Positions 20,852 through 31,200 of a stretch of DNA of 64,000 bases are shown in pieces; positions within the stretch are counted from its first letter, which is position 1; every line of letters begins with the position of its first letter. The stretch is taken from contig CAVQFQ010000011.1 of the NCBI GenBank assembly GCA_963711835.1, positions 1-64,000 of the forward strand, given 5' to 3'. The position numbers and the translations under genes were made by a program. The notes beneath the pieces were generated by a model. The model had not been told where the DNA came from and searched no databases. It was given only the letters and a program-made list of their open reading frames with translations. The stretch comes from an uncultured delta proteobacterium (GTDB lineage: Bacteria; Desulfobacterota; RBG-13-43-22).

Positions 20852-21949
20852 TTATCTCGAATGAAGGGTTAGATTTCTCAGATAGACCCCCTCTTCCAGA
20901 AACCAATCCCGAAGCTGGTTGAGTTTTTTTAGGGCCTTTCCTGAATCGACCGCTTCCCTCGCCAGATCCAGGCCCCCTTTAAGGTCCTTCGCCTTCCCGG
21001 CGATGTACAGGGCCGCCCCGGCATTGACCAGTACGGCATCCTTTCGAGGTCCCGGCTCACCTGAAAGGATAGCCTCGATGATCCGGGCATTTTGTTTGGC
21101 ATCGCCTCCTTCAAGTTCTTTGGCCTCCGCCATTTTGATTCCCAGATCCTCCGGTTTAATCTGATAGGTCTTGATCCGGCCATTTTGGAGTTCACTGATC
21201 TGAGTCGTTCCGGTGACGGAAATCTCGTCCATGGTATCCTGACCATGAACTATCAGAGCCCTTTCCGCACCGAGCCTGGCCAGGACTTCAGCTATCAAGG
21301 TAGTCTGGTCGGGTTGATAGACACCAAGCACTCGAATCCTGGCACCCGCCGGATTGGCTAAGGGTCCCAAAAAATTGAGTAGGGTCCGGATACCCATTTC
21401 CTCGCGGATGGAAAGCAGCTTCCCCGGTCCGTTTTGAATAGCCGAAGAAAAGAGAAAACCGACGCCGACCTCTCGCAGGCACCTTTCCAACTGGGAAGGG
21501 GTGAGATCTAACAAGATCCCGAGGTTCAGCAGAACCTGTTCACTTCCACAATAAGCTGAAGCGGAGCGCAGTCCGAATTTGGCCACCGGCACTCCGACCC
21601 CGGCCACTACAAAGGTTGCGGCGGTCGAAATATTAAAGATACGAGTAACCCCCTCCCTCCCGGAAGTACCCAGGATCGTTTCCTGATCCAGGTGGATCTC
21701 TTCCCGATCCAAGGCCATCACAGAGGGAGGGCCGTTAATCCCCTGAATCCGTTTACGAACGGCTTTGGCCGCCCCGGTTAGTTCATCGGCGGTGAGCCCG
21801 TTGATCCTCAAGGCGGTGAGAAAACCTCCGGTCTGCGCTGCCGTGGCGTGCCCATCCAGAACCTCCCCCAGGACTTCGAAGCTCTCTGCTTCGGTCAGCG
21901 ACCTTCCTCCAACCAGTTTCATAATAGCTTCCTGAATCTTCATGGCCAT
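20852..21949 (-). CDS. trpD: Anthranilate phosphoribosyltransferase-like protein with degenerate active-site motifs
   Basis: TrpD fold along its length (FNIST, IRT..N.LGPLANPAGA, VHG.D.MDEIS.TG.T, NAGAALY), but GTGG, KHGNR and GSAD are replaced. Confidence 0.8.
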   Translation of the reverse strand: MAMKIQEAIMKLVGGRSLTEAESFEVLGEVLDGHATAAQTGGFLTALRINGLTADELTGAAKAVRKRIQGINGPPSVMALDREEIHLDQETILGTSGREGVTRIFNISTAATFVVAGVGVPVAKFGLRSASAYCGSEQVLLNLGILLDLTPSQLERCLREVGVGFLFSSAIQNGPGKLLSIREEMGIRTLLNFLGPLANPAGARIRVLGVYQPDQTTLIAEVLARLGAERALIVHGQDTMDEISVTGTTQISELQNGRIKTYQIKPEDLGIKMAEAKELEGGDAKQNARIIEAILSGEPGPRKDAVLVNAGAALYIAGKAKDLKGGLDLAREAVDSGKALKKLNQLRDWFLEEGVYLRNLTLHSR

Positions 21950-22000
21950 CCTCCTTAAAAAAAATTAGGCCGGGGAATCATAATTCCGCGGCCTTTTAGC

Positions 22001-22035
22001 AAAAAAAAACCGCGGGCCGTTGGGGACCCGCGGTT
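22001..22035 (-). terminator. Attenuator terminator of the trp leader
   Basis: Minus strand AACCGCGGG-TCCCCAACGG-CCCGCGGTT followed by a T run. Confidence 0.85.
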
Positions 22036-22060
22036 AAAAGTTTAGTCAGTTAGGAATTCA

Positions 22061-22144
22061 TCAGGAGGGCGGATATACCTCAACGGTCTGGAGGCTGTGC
22101 CACCACCACTGCCAGTTCATTTTCGGAAGGTCAATCTTACGCAT
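22061..22144 (-). CDS. trpL: trp operon-type leader peptide MRKIDLPKMNWQWWWHSLQTVEVYPPS
   Basis: 27-aa ORF with four Trp codons (three tandem), between a promoter and the terminator upstream of trpD; alternative start at 22120. Confidence 0.85.
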   Translation of the reverse strand: MRKIDLPKMNWQWWWHSLQTVEVYPPS

Positions 22145-22154
22145 AGTGGCTATC

Positions 22155-22183
22155 AATTTAGTCCCGGCAGTCTCCTGTGTCAA
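22155..22183 (-). promoter_or_regulatory. Sigma70 promoter of trpL-trpD
   Basis: TTGACA-N17-TAAATT on the minus strand. Confidence 0.7.
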
Positions 22184-22292
22184 GTAAAAATCACCAGAAA
22201 ATGTTTCCCTTATAGGGAATCATTTGACAGGGGTTTCGGCAAGGCTTATCATTTTCATAAATTTCGATTGTTTTTCTTTTGGATACAATTCT

Positions 22293-23464
22293 ATGTTTTT
22301 TCGATATCTGAGATTCTTTATGCTTGGTTGCTTATCCTTCCTGGTAATGGCCTGTTCCGCCTTGAGGCCGCCTCAACCGCTGACCCTGGAAGGATACTCA
22401 CAGTCGTTGCGGCCCGGTGATATCATCGAGACCGCCACCGGGGCTGTTATTCCCTTTGAAAGGTTGATCGAAAAGTTGTCTTCGGTCCGGATGGTCTATG
22501 TCGGGGAGACCCACACCAGCCTGCCTGATCATCGCATCCAGCTTGAAGTCTTGAAGGCTTTATCCGCTCGAAATCCTTCCTTGGTTCTGGCCCTGGAAAT
22601 GCTGCCCCGAGAGGTGCAACCGGTGCTGGACGATTACTCCCAAGGAAAGATCTCTGAAGAAATTTTTTTAAAAAAAGCTGACTGGGAAAAGAATTGGGGC
22701 TATCCTTTTCAGCCTTATCGGGACCTGTTCAACCAGGCCAAAGAAAACCGGCTCAGGATTATCGGCCTGAACGCCTCCATCGACGCGGTCAACCGGATTG
22801 CCCAGGGCGGCCTCGCCTCTTTGACTCCCGAAGAAAGAACACGAGTGGCCCGGATTTTCCACCCGGCCAACCCTGAACATAAGGCCTATGTCGAGGGTCA
22901 GTTCAACCAGCACCCCCCGGGAAAAATTAAAAACTTCGAGACCTTCTATGAGGCCCAATTGGCCTGGGAGGAAACCATGGCCGAGACCCTGGCCCAAACT
23001 CTAAAAGAAGGGCTCGAAGGATGCCAAATTTTGGTGCTGATCGGCAAAGGCCATATCCTGTCCAACCTGGGGGTTCCCAGGCTGGCTCGATCTGAGAATC
23101 GATCATTCCCATAAGACCATCCTGCCTGTTCCGAATGACTTCCCTGTCCGGAATCTTGATCCGAAGATGGCCGACTATCTCTGGATTACCGAAAGCATCG
23201 GAGACCCCGCACCGCCCCAGGCTGGGTGTCTCCCTTCGCCCCCATGCCTCGGGGGAGGGACTGGAGATCATTTCTATAGTTCCCGGGAGCGCTGCCGAAA
23301 AAGCCGGCCTGAAGGCGGGGGATATATTGCTGAAAATTGATGCAGTGGCCCTTTCAACCCTTGAAGATCTTCCCAGGGTTTTTTCACAAAGAAAAGGCAG
23401 CTACGTCTTGCTCATCAAAAGACAGGGACAGGTCTTTTCAGAAAAGATCTCCCTCACCCCTTAA
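22293..23464 (+). CDS. ChaN-family lipoprotein with C-terminal PDZ domain (frameshift near 23090)
   Basis: Lipobox VMAC, VYVGETH..H..QL, LALEML, AQ.AWEETMA, IG.GH; PDZ RPRLGV..VPGSAAEKAGLKAGDI. Confidence 0.82.
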
Positions 23465-23600
23465 CTGCCCATACCGGAAACCCGAACCATCTTCAAAGCA
23501 CCTCAACGCCGGAGTCAGCTATGAGAAAGGGCAATTAAAGAATCAGGATTCCTGTTAACGGAATTAACGGAGCTACGTCCCCTTGCCCCCGCATTTCCCT

Positions 23601-25383
23601 TTAAGAAACCGGCACCGGCTCAAAGGGCCGCTTCATCTTGGGCTGTTCAAAGAGCTTCAGGAATTTTCCGAAGGCGATGGCATTGCCTTTCTCGTATTGG
23701 AAGCCGGCCAGGGTCTTCAGCGGGTTGCGGATTTTTGCCAGCATCTCCTTCCAGGCCCTCGAATCCGCCCTGACCCTGAGATCCAGGTTCAGCCCGTCCA
23801 GCTCCTGGAGCGACCGCGGCCTGATTTCAGCCACACCATAGCGCACCTGAATGGTGAAGGCCTCCTTGGTATCGGGGAAGATCATACCCACCACTTGATT
23901 CACTTCGGCGCCGGCCTTTGGGTCCAAGTTCACCTTCATCGAGTCGAAAAAGACCTGCAAGGGGATACCCTGCACGGCCTCCGGAGAGGGCTTGGCTTTG
24001 GATAAGGAGACGAAACCGTCCCGGATTTCCAGGGCCTCGGTAAGATAATAGTGCCGGGCATTGGGGTTCTGTTCTTTTTCCCCCAGCGCGACCAAGGCCT
24101 TGATTCGGATATTTTTTGCCTCGGTATTTTCGGGATTTAATTGAATCAGGTGGCCGCTGAGCTCCAGGGCTGCCTGAAAGTTTTTCTCTTCCAGGAGTTC
24201 CTTAGCCTGCCGGATCAGTTCCTTTTCTCCTCCGGCCACCCTGGCCATCAGGCGGGCCTGCTCCTGGCGGTTCAGGGGCTGGAGCCTGGCCGCATCGCCG
24301 TCGAACCAACCGAGAGTACCCGTAAACATGGATCGCGCCGACCAGGAGACCTTGCCGTAGAAAGGTTGCAGATAGGGCGCCTCGGCCAGGTGCGGGGGAA
24401 GTTTGATCCGCTCGGCCAACTCATCCGGCGTCCATCCGGCGTTGATACCCCGGATGGACTGGTCATGGACGTACTGAATGGCGTCCCGGTAATTGGTGAG
24501 GATTTCCTGGATCTTGTCGGCGCCGACGATCGGCCGCGTATGGCAGGGTACCAGGTATTCCGGCTTCAAGTCCCGCATCTTATCCAGGCTTTGGTACCAC
24601 TGCTTCAAGTTGCGGAAGCTGGTCCCGCGAATGGTGTAAAGATTGGGAAAGGCCCAGTAGAAGTCGTCCGCCGGTATCAGGGCCTTTTGTTTGGGCAGCC
24701 AGACCACAATCTGATCCTCGGTTTCGCCGGGAGCAAAGATCAGCTTGAAAGTGATGCCGGCGGCTTCCGCTTCCAGGGTTTCGGAAAAGGTCTTGGTGGG
24801 CCGCACAAAACCGAGTTTGCTGTCCGGCTTCATGCCCACCTGGGGCCCGATGCCCACATTGAGCACCTGGCCGGGCGCCAGAAAATTGCCGTACATCCGC
24901 AAGGACCGGGAACCGATGATCGGCCCGATCTCGGTGAACAACCGGCTGACATAATATTCGGTGGTTTGGTGGGCATAGATCTCGGGCCGGCCGCCGGCTG
25001 TGAAGACCTGGGCGCCGAAGACATGATCGGGATGGGAATGGGTATAGATAATGGCCTTGATCGGTTTGGCTGTTATCCTCCGGAATTCAGCCAGGACCTC
25101 GGCGGCTTCTTCCATAGTGGTCATAGTGTCGACGATAATTACACCATCATCGCCCTCGATCATGATGGAATTGGCAATGCCGTAACCGATGGCCGCGTAG
25201 ATATTGTCCCCGACCTTTTCTACGCCTTTTTTAAATAGCTTGCTGTGCTCCGCCAGGGCCTTGTTGGCGCCGACCGGCAGCGGGCGGAGACGATTTCTTC
25301 AGGGCTCGGCCGGAATAAAACCAGAGCCCGCCAAGTCCCGCGATCAGGATGACAATGATGCCGATAATTATCTTTCTAAGCAT
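23601..25383 (-). CDS. Alkyl/aryl sulfatase (SdsA/BDS1-like MBL with dimerisation and SCP2-like domains), frameshift near 25280
   Basis: N-terminal TM MLRKIIIGIIVILIAG, YTHSHPDH, APGETED, FPNLYTIRGT..R, PCH.RP, YRDAIQY.HDQ, PFYGKV.W, GWFDG. Confidence 0.88.
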
Positions 25384-25516
25384 GATAGAGTCCCCCTTTA
25401 TCCTGGACGGTCAGGAGATCCTTCTTAAATCCTTGTTTTTTCTTCCGGGATACGATACAGATACCCTTGACCCCGTGTAGGAATTAACTTCACCACCCAA
25501 CCCTTTAACCCAAAGC

Positions 25517-25580
25517 GAGGTGGTTATGGAAGCAAAAAGTTGAGCCCCATTCTTTTTAGGAGAATGGGGCTTGTTTTTTT
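25517..25580 (+). promoter_or_regulatory. 5' leader with RBS, 5-codon uORF (MEAKS) and intrinsic terminator
   Basis: GAGGTGGTT-ATGGAAGCAAAAAGTTGA then AGCCCCATTCT/AGAATGGGGCT plus T run, upstream of a co-oriented gene. Confidence 0.6.
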
Positions 25581-25622
25581 ATGGCTGGAACCAAAAGAAA
25601 CGAAAATAAAAAGGAGGGGATC

Positions 25623-26558
25623 ATGAAAAAAAGAAACATCGTCTTGCTGGTTCTGGTTTTACTGGTCCTGTTTTTTATTCTATTTCCCAAAGTATACCAT
25701 AAGGACACCATGGCCTACGACGACGCGGTGGCCAAGTGGGCCAAGGGCAAATTTGTTTTGGTGGACAACAAAAAGGTCCACTATCTGGAGCAGGGGGAAG
25801 GCAAACCGATCATCCTGATCCACGGCTTCCTCTACAACACCGTCATGTGGAAAAAGAATATCGAAGACCTGGCCAAAAAGTTCAAGGTCTATGCCATTGA
25901 CCTCTGGGGCTGGGGTTACAGCGAGCGCCTGAAAGAACTGAATTACTCCTATGAATTGTATGGAAAACAGATTGTCGGCTTCATGGACGCCTTAAAAATC
26001 CCCAAGGCCTCCCTGGTGGGCCAGTCCATGGGCGGCGGCATTTCGGTTTATGTAGCCGCCCATTTTCCGGACCGGGTTGACAAACTGATCCTGGTGGACC
26101 CGACGGTCCTCCCCTATCCCATGACCACCACCGGCCGGGTTTATCAACTCCCTTATGTAGGTGAGTTTCTTAACGCCATCCCGGGTAACGCCTTGTTCAA
26201 AAAGAACATTCAAACCGTCTGGTTTTATGATCCTAAAAAAGTGACCGATGATTATGTGGAAGAGGTTGCCCGGCCGATGACTATCAAAGGCTCCCTTGAA
26301 GGCATGATGTTTATTTTACGCAACGTCCTTAAGGAGCCTTATGTTGAAGCCGAGGCCCATAAGCTGGCCCAGCTTAATAAACCTATCCTGATCATCCATG
26401 GCCGGGAGGACAAGGCCATCCCCCTGGACCGATCGCAGAAAGTGAATGCCCTCTGGAAAGGATCGCAACTGGTGATCTTCGAAAAGGCCGGCCATACCCC
26501 CCAGGAGGAGTATCCGGAAAAATTTAACCCCCTGGCCGTAGATTTTTTATCAAAATAA
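25623..26558 (+). CDS. Membrane-anchored alpha/beta hydrolase
   Basis: N-terminal TM, LIHGF, GQSMGG, HGREDKAIP, AGHTPQEE. Confidence 0.9.
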   Translation: MKKRNIVLLVLVLLVLFFILFPKVYHKDTMAYDDAVAKWAKGKFVLVDNKKVHYLEQGEGKPIILIHGFLYNTVMWKKNIEDLAKKFKVYAIDLWGWGYSERLKELNYSYELYGKQIVGFMDALKIPKASLVGQSMGGGISVYVAAHFPDRVDKLILVDPTVLPYPMTTTGRVYQLPYVGEFLNAIPGNALFKKNIQTVWFYDPKKVTDDYVEEVARPMTIKGSLEGMMFILRNVLKEPYVEAEAHKLAQLNKPILIIHGREDKAIPLDRSQKVNALWKGSQLVIFEKAGHTPQEEYPEKFNPLAVDFLSK

Positions 26559-26587
26559 ATCATTAAGCCTAAATTTATAAAGGAGGC

Positions 26588-27631
26588 TTGCTTGTGAACA
26601 CGCTAAAAATTGACCCTGAATTATGTCGTCAGTGTCAGACCATCGACTGCCTGACGAAGTGCCAGCACATCCGTCTGGACCTGGAATCAGCCAGAAAAGA
26701 GCGGCTGAAAATCCTGGCGGGCCAGGACTCGCCGGTCCTGAAGGACTGCCTCACCTGTTATGCCTGCGAGGAATACTGTCCTTACGGCAATCATCCCTTT
26801 TACCAGATTGTCGAGCAGCAGGAGCAAAGGGGGATCTGGCCGGTGCCTGTCCCCCTAACCAAGCAGCAGGTGGTCATGATGGCCCCCAAGGGAAGGGCCG
26901 CACCGGAAAAGCTTCCCGGACCGATCCTGGACCTCTGTTATTTCCCCATGCTCACGAAGACTATCCGGGGAAAGCTCTACGAGGGCGTTTCGACCGTGGT
27001 AGGCAGCGACATCTTCTGCAACATTATGTGGCTCCATTTCGCCAAGAATTCCGTCATCCGCGAACGCCTGCCCAAAGTCATCGACACCCTCTGGAACTGC
27101 TATCTCAAAGAAAACGGTCGGGAGGAAGTGATCTGCTATCACGATGAATGTTACGGTACTTATACCCACCTGGCCCCGGCCTTCGGCATCACCGTCCCTT
27201 TCAAGCCGATCCACCTTTTCGAATACCTGATCCAGAGGCTGGAGGCACTCAAGGATCAGATCCGTCCCATCGGCATGAAGGCCGCCTATCAGCGCCCCTG
27301 CTCCAACCGCCTGATCCCCGAAACCCAGCCCCTGGTGGATGAGATCTTCAAACGGGTCGGTGTGGAGCGGGCCCAGCGGCAATACGACGGGGAAAACGCC
27401 CTCTGCTGCGGTGGCGTTCTCAGGGCCATGCAGCGGGACGATCAGGTGGAGGATATTCAAAAAAGAAACCTGGATGATATGCAGGCCTCCGGCGCCAGCC
27501 TCTGTGTCTTCAATTGCCCCTTTTGCTTCTTCACCCTGGGGGAGGCGGCGGCCAACCGGGGCATGATGCCCCTCCTGATGAGCGAATTGTGCCAATATGC
27601 CTTGGGCGAAAAAATGATGATGGGAGGATAA
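26588..27631 (+). CDS. Fe-S protein with ferredoxin-like and CCG domains
   Basis: CRQCQTIDCLTKC, CLTCYACEEYCP, YQRPCS, LCCGG, CPFC. Confidence 0.85.
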   Translation: MLVNTLKIDPELCRQCQTIDCLTKCQHIRLDLESARKERLKILAGQDSPVLKDCLTCYACEEYCPYGNHPFYQIVEQQEQRGIWPVPVPLTKQQVVMMAPKGRAAPEKLPGPILDLCYFPMLTKTIRGKLYEGVSTVVGSDIFCNIMWLHFAKNSVIRERLPKVIDTLWNCYLKENGREEVICYHDECYGTYTHLAPAFGITVPFKPIHLFEYLIQRLEALKDQIRPIGMKAAYQRPCSNRLIPETQPLVDEIFKRVGVERAQRQYDGENALCCGGVLRAMQRDDQVEDIQKRNLDDMQASGASLCVFNCPFCFFTLGEAAANRGMMPLLMSELCQYALGEKMMMGG

Positions 27632-27635
27632 GGGC

Positions 27636-29015
27636 ATGGAAAAAATCTATGATGAACTGGTCAAAATAGTCGGCCCCCAGTATGTTTCCAACCATCCTGA
27701 AGAGCGCTTTATCTACTCCCGCGACCCCGGAACCATGGAGGCCCGCCAACCGGACTGGGTGGTCATGCCCAATGCCACCGAAGAGGTCCGGCAGATCGTC
27801 CTCCTGGCCAACCGGGAAGGGGTCCCCATCGTGCCTATGGGCGGCGGGCTGGTCCTGTCCGGCCTGACCCGGGCACTGAAAGGCGGTATCCTAGTGGACA
27901 TGAAGCGCCTGAACCGCATCCTGGAAGTCAATGAGGCCAGCCGCTATGCCCTGGTCGAGGCCGGCGCCTCGCAGGGCATGCTTCAGGCCTATCTCAAGAA
28001 GCACCACCCTAAACTTAAGCATTCCATTCCCGATGCCCCGCCCATTGCCACCCTGGCCGGCAACATCCTCATCCACGGCTCCGGCCACCTCTCCCATGCC
28101 GCCGGTTTTCATTCCGACATGCTCAACGGGCTGGAGGCCGTGCTGCCCACCGGCGAGATCGTCCGCATCGGCTCCTGCTCCGCGTCACCCTACTGGTTTG
28201 GCCGGGCGCCTCTGCCGGACCTGGCCGGCCTTTTCTTAGGGTGGTTCGGAACCACCGGTATCGTGACCAAGCTGGCTGTCAAGCTCTTCCCCAACCGCTC
28301 CCTCAACGACGTCGAAATGTTTGTGGTTGAGGACCCAGAACTGGTGCCGGACATCCTGCAGCGCCTTTCAGGCCTCCAGGTGGCCGAGGACCTGACGGCC
28401 TGGATGGCCCCGAAGCCGGACTGGGCCCGCGGGTTTCAGCACGTCAACATCAACTACGGAGCCGACAGCCGGGAGGAATTGGCCTGGAAGCAAAAGTTGA
28501 TCCGCGCCTCCCTGCAAAAATATCGGGATGAAAAGACCGGTGGCTTCATGCCCATCCCGCCGCCGATGAAGAAGGGTTTGCTGGAGGCGCCCCAAACCGC
28601 CTTGACCCGCTTTGCCGATGTGAAAAAGGGCGGCGGATTCGAATATGTGGGCGGTATCATGCCCATCGAATGTTTTCCCCAGGCCTACCGCAAGGGCATC
28701 GAGGTTGCCGAAAACCACGGGACCACCTATTCCACCGGCGCCCGCATCATCGGACCGGGGCACTGCATGATGTTTTACTTCTCCTATCCCTTCAACCGGG
28801 CCGATGCCTCGGATGTCAAGAACGCCCAGGAGGCCCTGGAAGAAACCAACCGGGTCGTTCTGGAGATGGGCGGCATCCCCTGGAAGGCCGAGGCCCCGGC
28901 CCAGAAGCTGATCCTTCAGAAAATGGATCCTAATACGATAGACCTGATGAACCGCCTGCGGGCCGCCCTGGACCCCAAAGGGATCATGAATCCGGGAAAC
29001 TGGGAGGTGGACTGA
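27636..29015 (+). CDS. FAD-linked oxidoreductase (GlcD / D-lactate dehydrogenase-like)
   Basis: PDWVVMP..EEV, PMGGG, DMKRLNRILEVN, GLEAVLPTGE, GT.GIVTK, LDPKGIMNPG. Confidence 0.88.
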   Translation: MEKIYDELVKIVGPQYVSNHPEERFIYSRDPGTMEARQPDWVVMPNATEEVRQIVLLANREGVPIVPMGGGLVLSGLTRALKGGILVDMKRLNRILEVNEASRYALVEAGASQGMLQAYLKKHHPKLKHSIPDAPPIATLAGNILIHGSGHLSHAAGFHSDMLNGLEAVLPTGEIVRIGSCSASPYWFGRAPLPDLAGLFLGWFGTTGIVTKLAVKLFPNRSLNDVEMFVVEDPELVPDILQRLSGLQVAEDLTAWMAPKPDWARGFQHVNINYGADSREELAWKQKLIRASLQKYRDEKTGGFMPIPPPMKKGLLEAPQTALTRFADVKKGGGFEYVGGIMPIECFPQAYRKGIEVAENHGTTYSTGARIIGPGHCMMFYFSYPFNRADASDVKNAQEALEETNRVVLEMGGIPWKAEAPAQKLILQKMDPNTIDLMNRLRAALDPKGIMNPGNWEVD

Positions 29016-30168
29016 TGGAATACGCTGAAATCCTGCACCGCTGTTTTCGCTGCGGCTACTGCAAGCTGCCGGGCAGTTACCTGGACCTCAACTGCCCCTC
29101 CTATCTGAATTACCGCTTCGAGACCTTCTCCCCGGGCGGACGCATGTGGCTATTGAAGGGCTGGCTCGATGGTGAAATCCAGACCAGCCCCCGCCTGGCC
29201 GAAATCCTCTATTCCTGCGCTACCTGCGGCAACTGTGTGGAGCATTGTGTCTTCGACAAGTTTAAGGACAACCTGGTCAAGGCTTTCATTGCCGGACGGG
29301 AGGAACTGGTTGACCAGGGCCTGGTCCCACCCATGGTCAGGGACACCTTTAAGTCCATGCAACTTTACGGCAATCCCTATAAGCTGCCCGAGGCCGACCG
29401 GGGGAACTGGGCCAATGGCCTGGGCCTGGAGCTTTATGCCGGGCAGGAATATCTTTTTCTGGCAGGTTGTGTGGGCGCCTATGATGAACGAGGCCAGAAG
29501 ATGGCCCGGGCCGCAGCCGGCCTGCTCAAGGCCTGGGGGGTTGACTTCGGGATCCTGGGTCCGGACGAGCATTGCGACGGCAGCGAGATCAGGGAACTGG
29601 GAGAAAAAGGGCTTTTTCAACGCCTGGTCGAGCGGAACATTCAACAATTTCAGGATCTGAAGACAAGAAAAATTATCACCCTTTCCCCCCACGCCTATAA
29701 TGCATTCAAAGAGGACTATCCTGCCTTCGGGGGAACATTCGAAGTCTATCACTACAGCCAGATACTGGCCAAACTGGCCCGCAAGGCCCCCCTTAAACCC
29801 CTAAGCACACCCTGGCGGGTTGCCTTCCATGACCCTTGTTATCTGGGAAGATATCAGAAGGAATATCAGGCCCCGCGTAAACTCCTGAGCGCCATTCCCG
29901 GTTTGCAACTGATCGAACTGGAGCGCTCCCGGGCCGATGCCCTGTGCTGCGGCGGGGGCGGAGGCAACTTTTTCACCGAGATCCTGGGCCAGGAACGGAC
30001 AGCCCGGCTCGGGTCCGGGTCCGGGAGGCTGCGGCCGCCGGGGCCGAGATCCTGGCCGTGGCCTGCCCCAACTGCGCCAAGATGCTGGACGATGCCGCCA
30101 AGACCGAAGGCCTGGAAGAAACCCTACGGGTCATGGACCTGGCCGAAATCGCCGGCCTGGCTTGTTAG
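29015..30168 (+). CDS. GlcF/HdrD-like Fe-S oxidoreductase with CCG domains (frameshift near 29990)
   Basis: CFRCGYC, CATCGNCVEHC, FHDPCYLGR, CCGGGGG; C-terminus VACPNCAKMLDDA..MDLAEI in 29944..30168. Confidence 0.88.
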
Positions 30169-30351
30169 TTCTGCGAGCCAAAAACGTGGAGTGGTCTGTG
30201 GGTGGTCCGCCGCGGGAGGGAATGGAGGGCTGGGAGACCTGTAATTCGTTTTGTTCATGATGCCCTGTCCCAGAATGGAATAATTGACGGCCGACTTAAA
30301 ATGTGCTACCAAATAAAATTGTAGGAAATAATTATTTTATAGGATGATATT

Positions 30352-30585
30352 ATGAAATCAGTCAAGGTTTTGCCGAAGGGACAAATTACCCTTCCCAGGG
30401 ACATCCGGAAAAAACTGGAAATAAAGACCGGGGATACCCTGCTTTTAGAGGAAAAGGACCAGCAGGTGGTGATCAAAAAAGGAAAGACGATCTTCGATTA
30501 CATCGGACACCTGCCCGATCTCAAGTTGTCTATCGAGGAAATAAGAGAAAAAGCCCTCAGGGAGGCTGCTAAAGATCATGCCTAA
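30352..30585 (+). CDS. vapB: AbrB/MazE/SpoVT-family antitoxin
   Basis: KVLPKGQITLPRDIRKKLEIKTGD; overlaps the PIN gene. Confidence 0.88.
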   Translation: MKSVKVLPKGQITLPRDIRKKLEIKTGDTLLLEEKDQQVVIKKGKTIFDYIGHLPDLKLSIEEIREKALREAAKDHA

Positions 30586-30988
30586 GGCTTTTGTGGACAC
30601 CAGCGTCATCCTGCGTATCTTGATAAAAGACGATGAACTGAAGGCCAAGGCCTCAGTCAATCTCCTCAAAAGCGCCGGAGAGAGAGATCTGATTCTCTAC
30701 CTCCTTCCGGTGGCCGTCCTGGAAACCGTCTGGGTCCTGGAAAAGGTGTATGCCTTTCCCAGGAAAGCCGTTCGGGAAGTGGTTGAGGCCATTTTAAACA
30801 CACCGGAACTGAAGGTAGAACGGGAATCGGTTTTTCGAAAGGCCCTGAAAACCTATGACGAAAAAAATACCAAATTTGCCGACGCGGTTATGGGTTATTG
30901 GGGGCTGGATAAAGGCTATTCCACCGTTTTCACCTATGACGAAAAAGACTTTAAACGGATTGAGGGTCTAGATACCCGAAAGCCCTGA
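30578..30988 (+). CDS. vapC: PIN-domain toxin
   Basis: FVDTSVILR, LETVWVL, FADA, TYDEKDF. Confidence 0.88.
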   Translation: MPKAFVDTSVILRILIKDDELKAKASVNLLKSAGERDLILYLLPVAVLETVWVLEKVYAFPRKAVREVVEAILNTPELKVERESVFRKALKTYDEKNTKFADAVMGYWGLDKGYSTVFTYDEKDFKRIEGLDTRKP

Positions 30989-31200
30989 GATTCTATCCCC
31001 GGTTATACCGAGCCGTTGCTGAATGGAATGAACTGGCGAACAAAGCGGCGGACGGCGGGCCGATGGTCGCCAGCAGAGGGCGACCTTTGGCTTTAAAAGC
31101 CTGTAACATGATATTTGTACTGTAATATTCCAATGGAAAATTACATTATGGGCCAAGGATCAAATGGGGCAAAGAAATTGGCTCTTTTTAGGATGGCCCC

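Noticed and set aside
24141-25238. Long antisense ORFs (also 31141..32433, 26855..27637, 41733..42551, 13996..14730)
   Set aside because: Shadows of well-supported genes on the opposite strand in GC-rich codon frames; no motifs.
31028-31090. ZTP (pfl) riboswitch suggested by ACTGGCGAACA (also GACTGGCG near 40942)
   Set aside because: Lacks the GGGGAGC and CGCCTGGGC elements and the purine/folate gene context.
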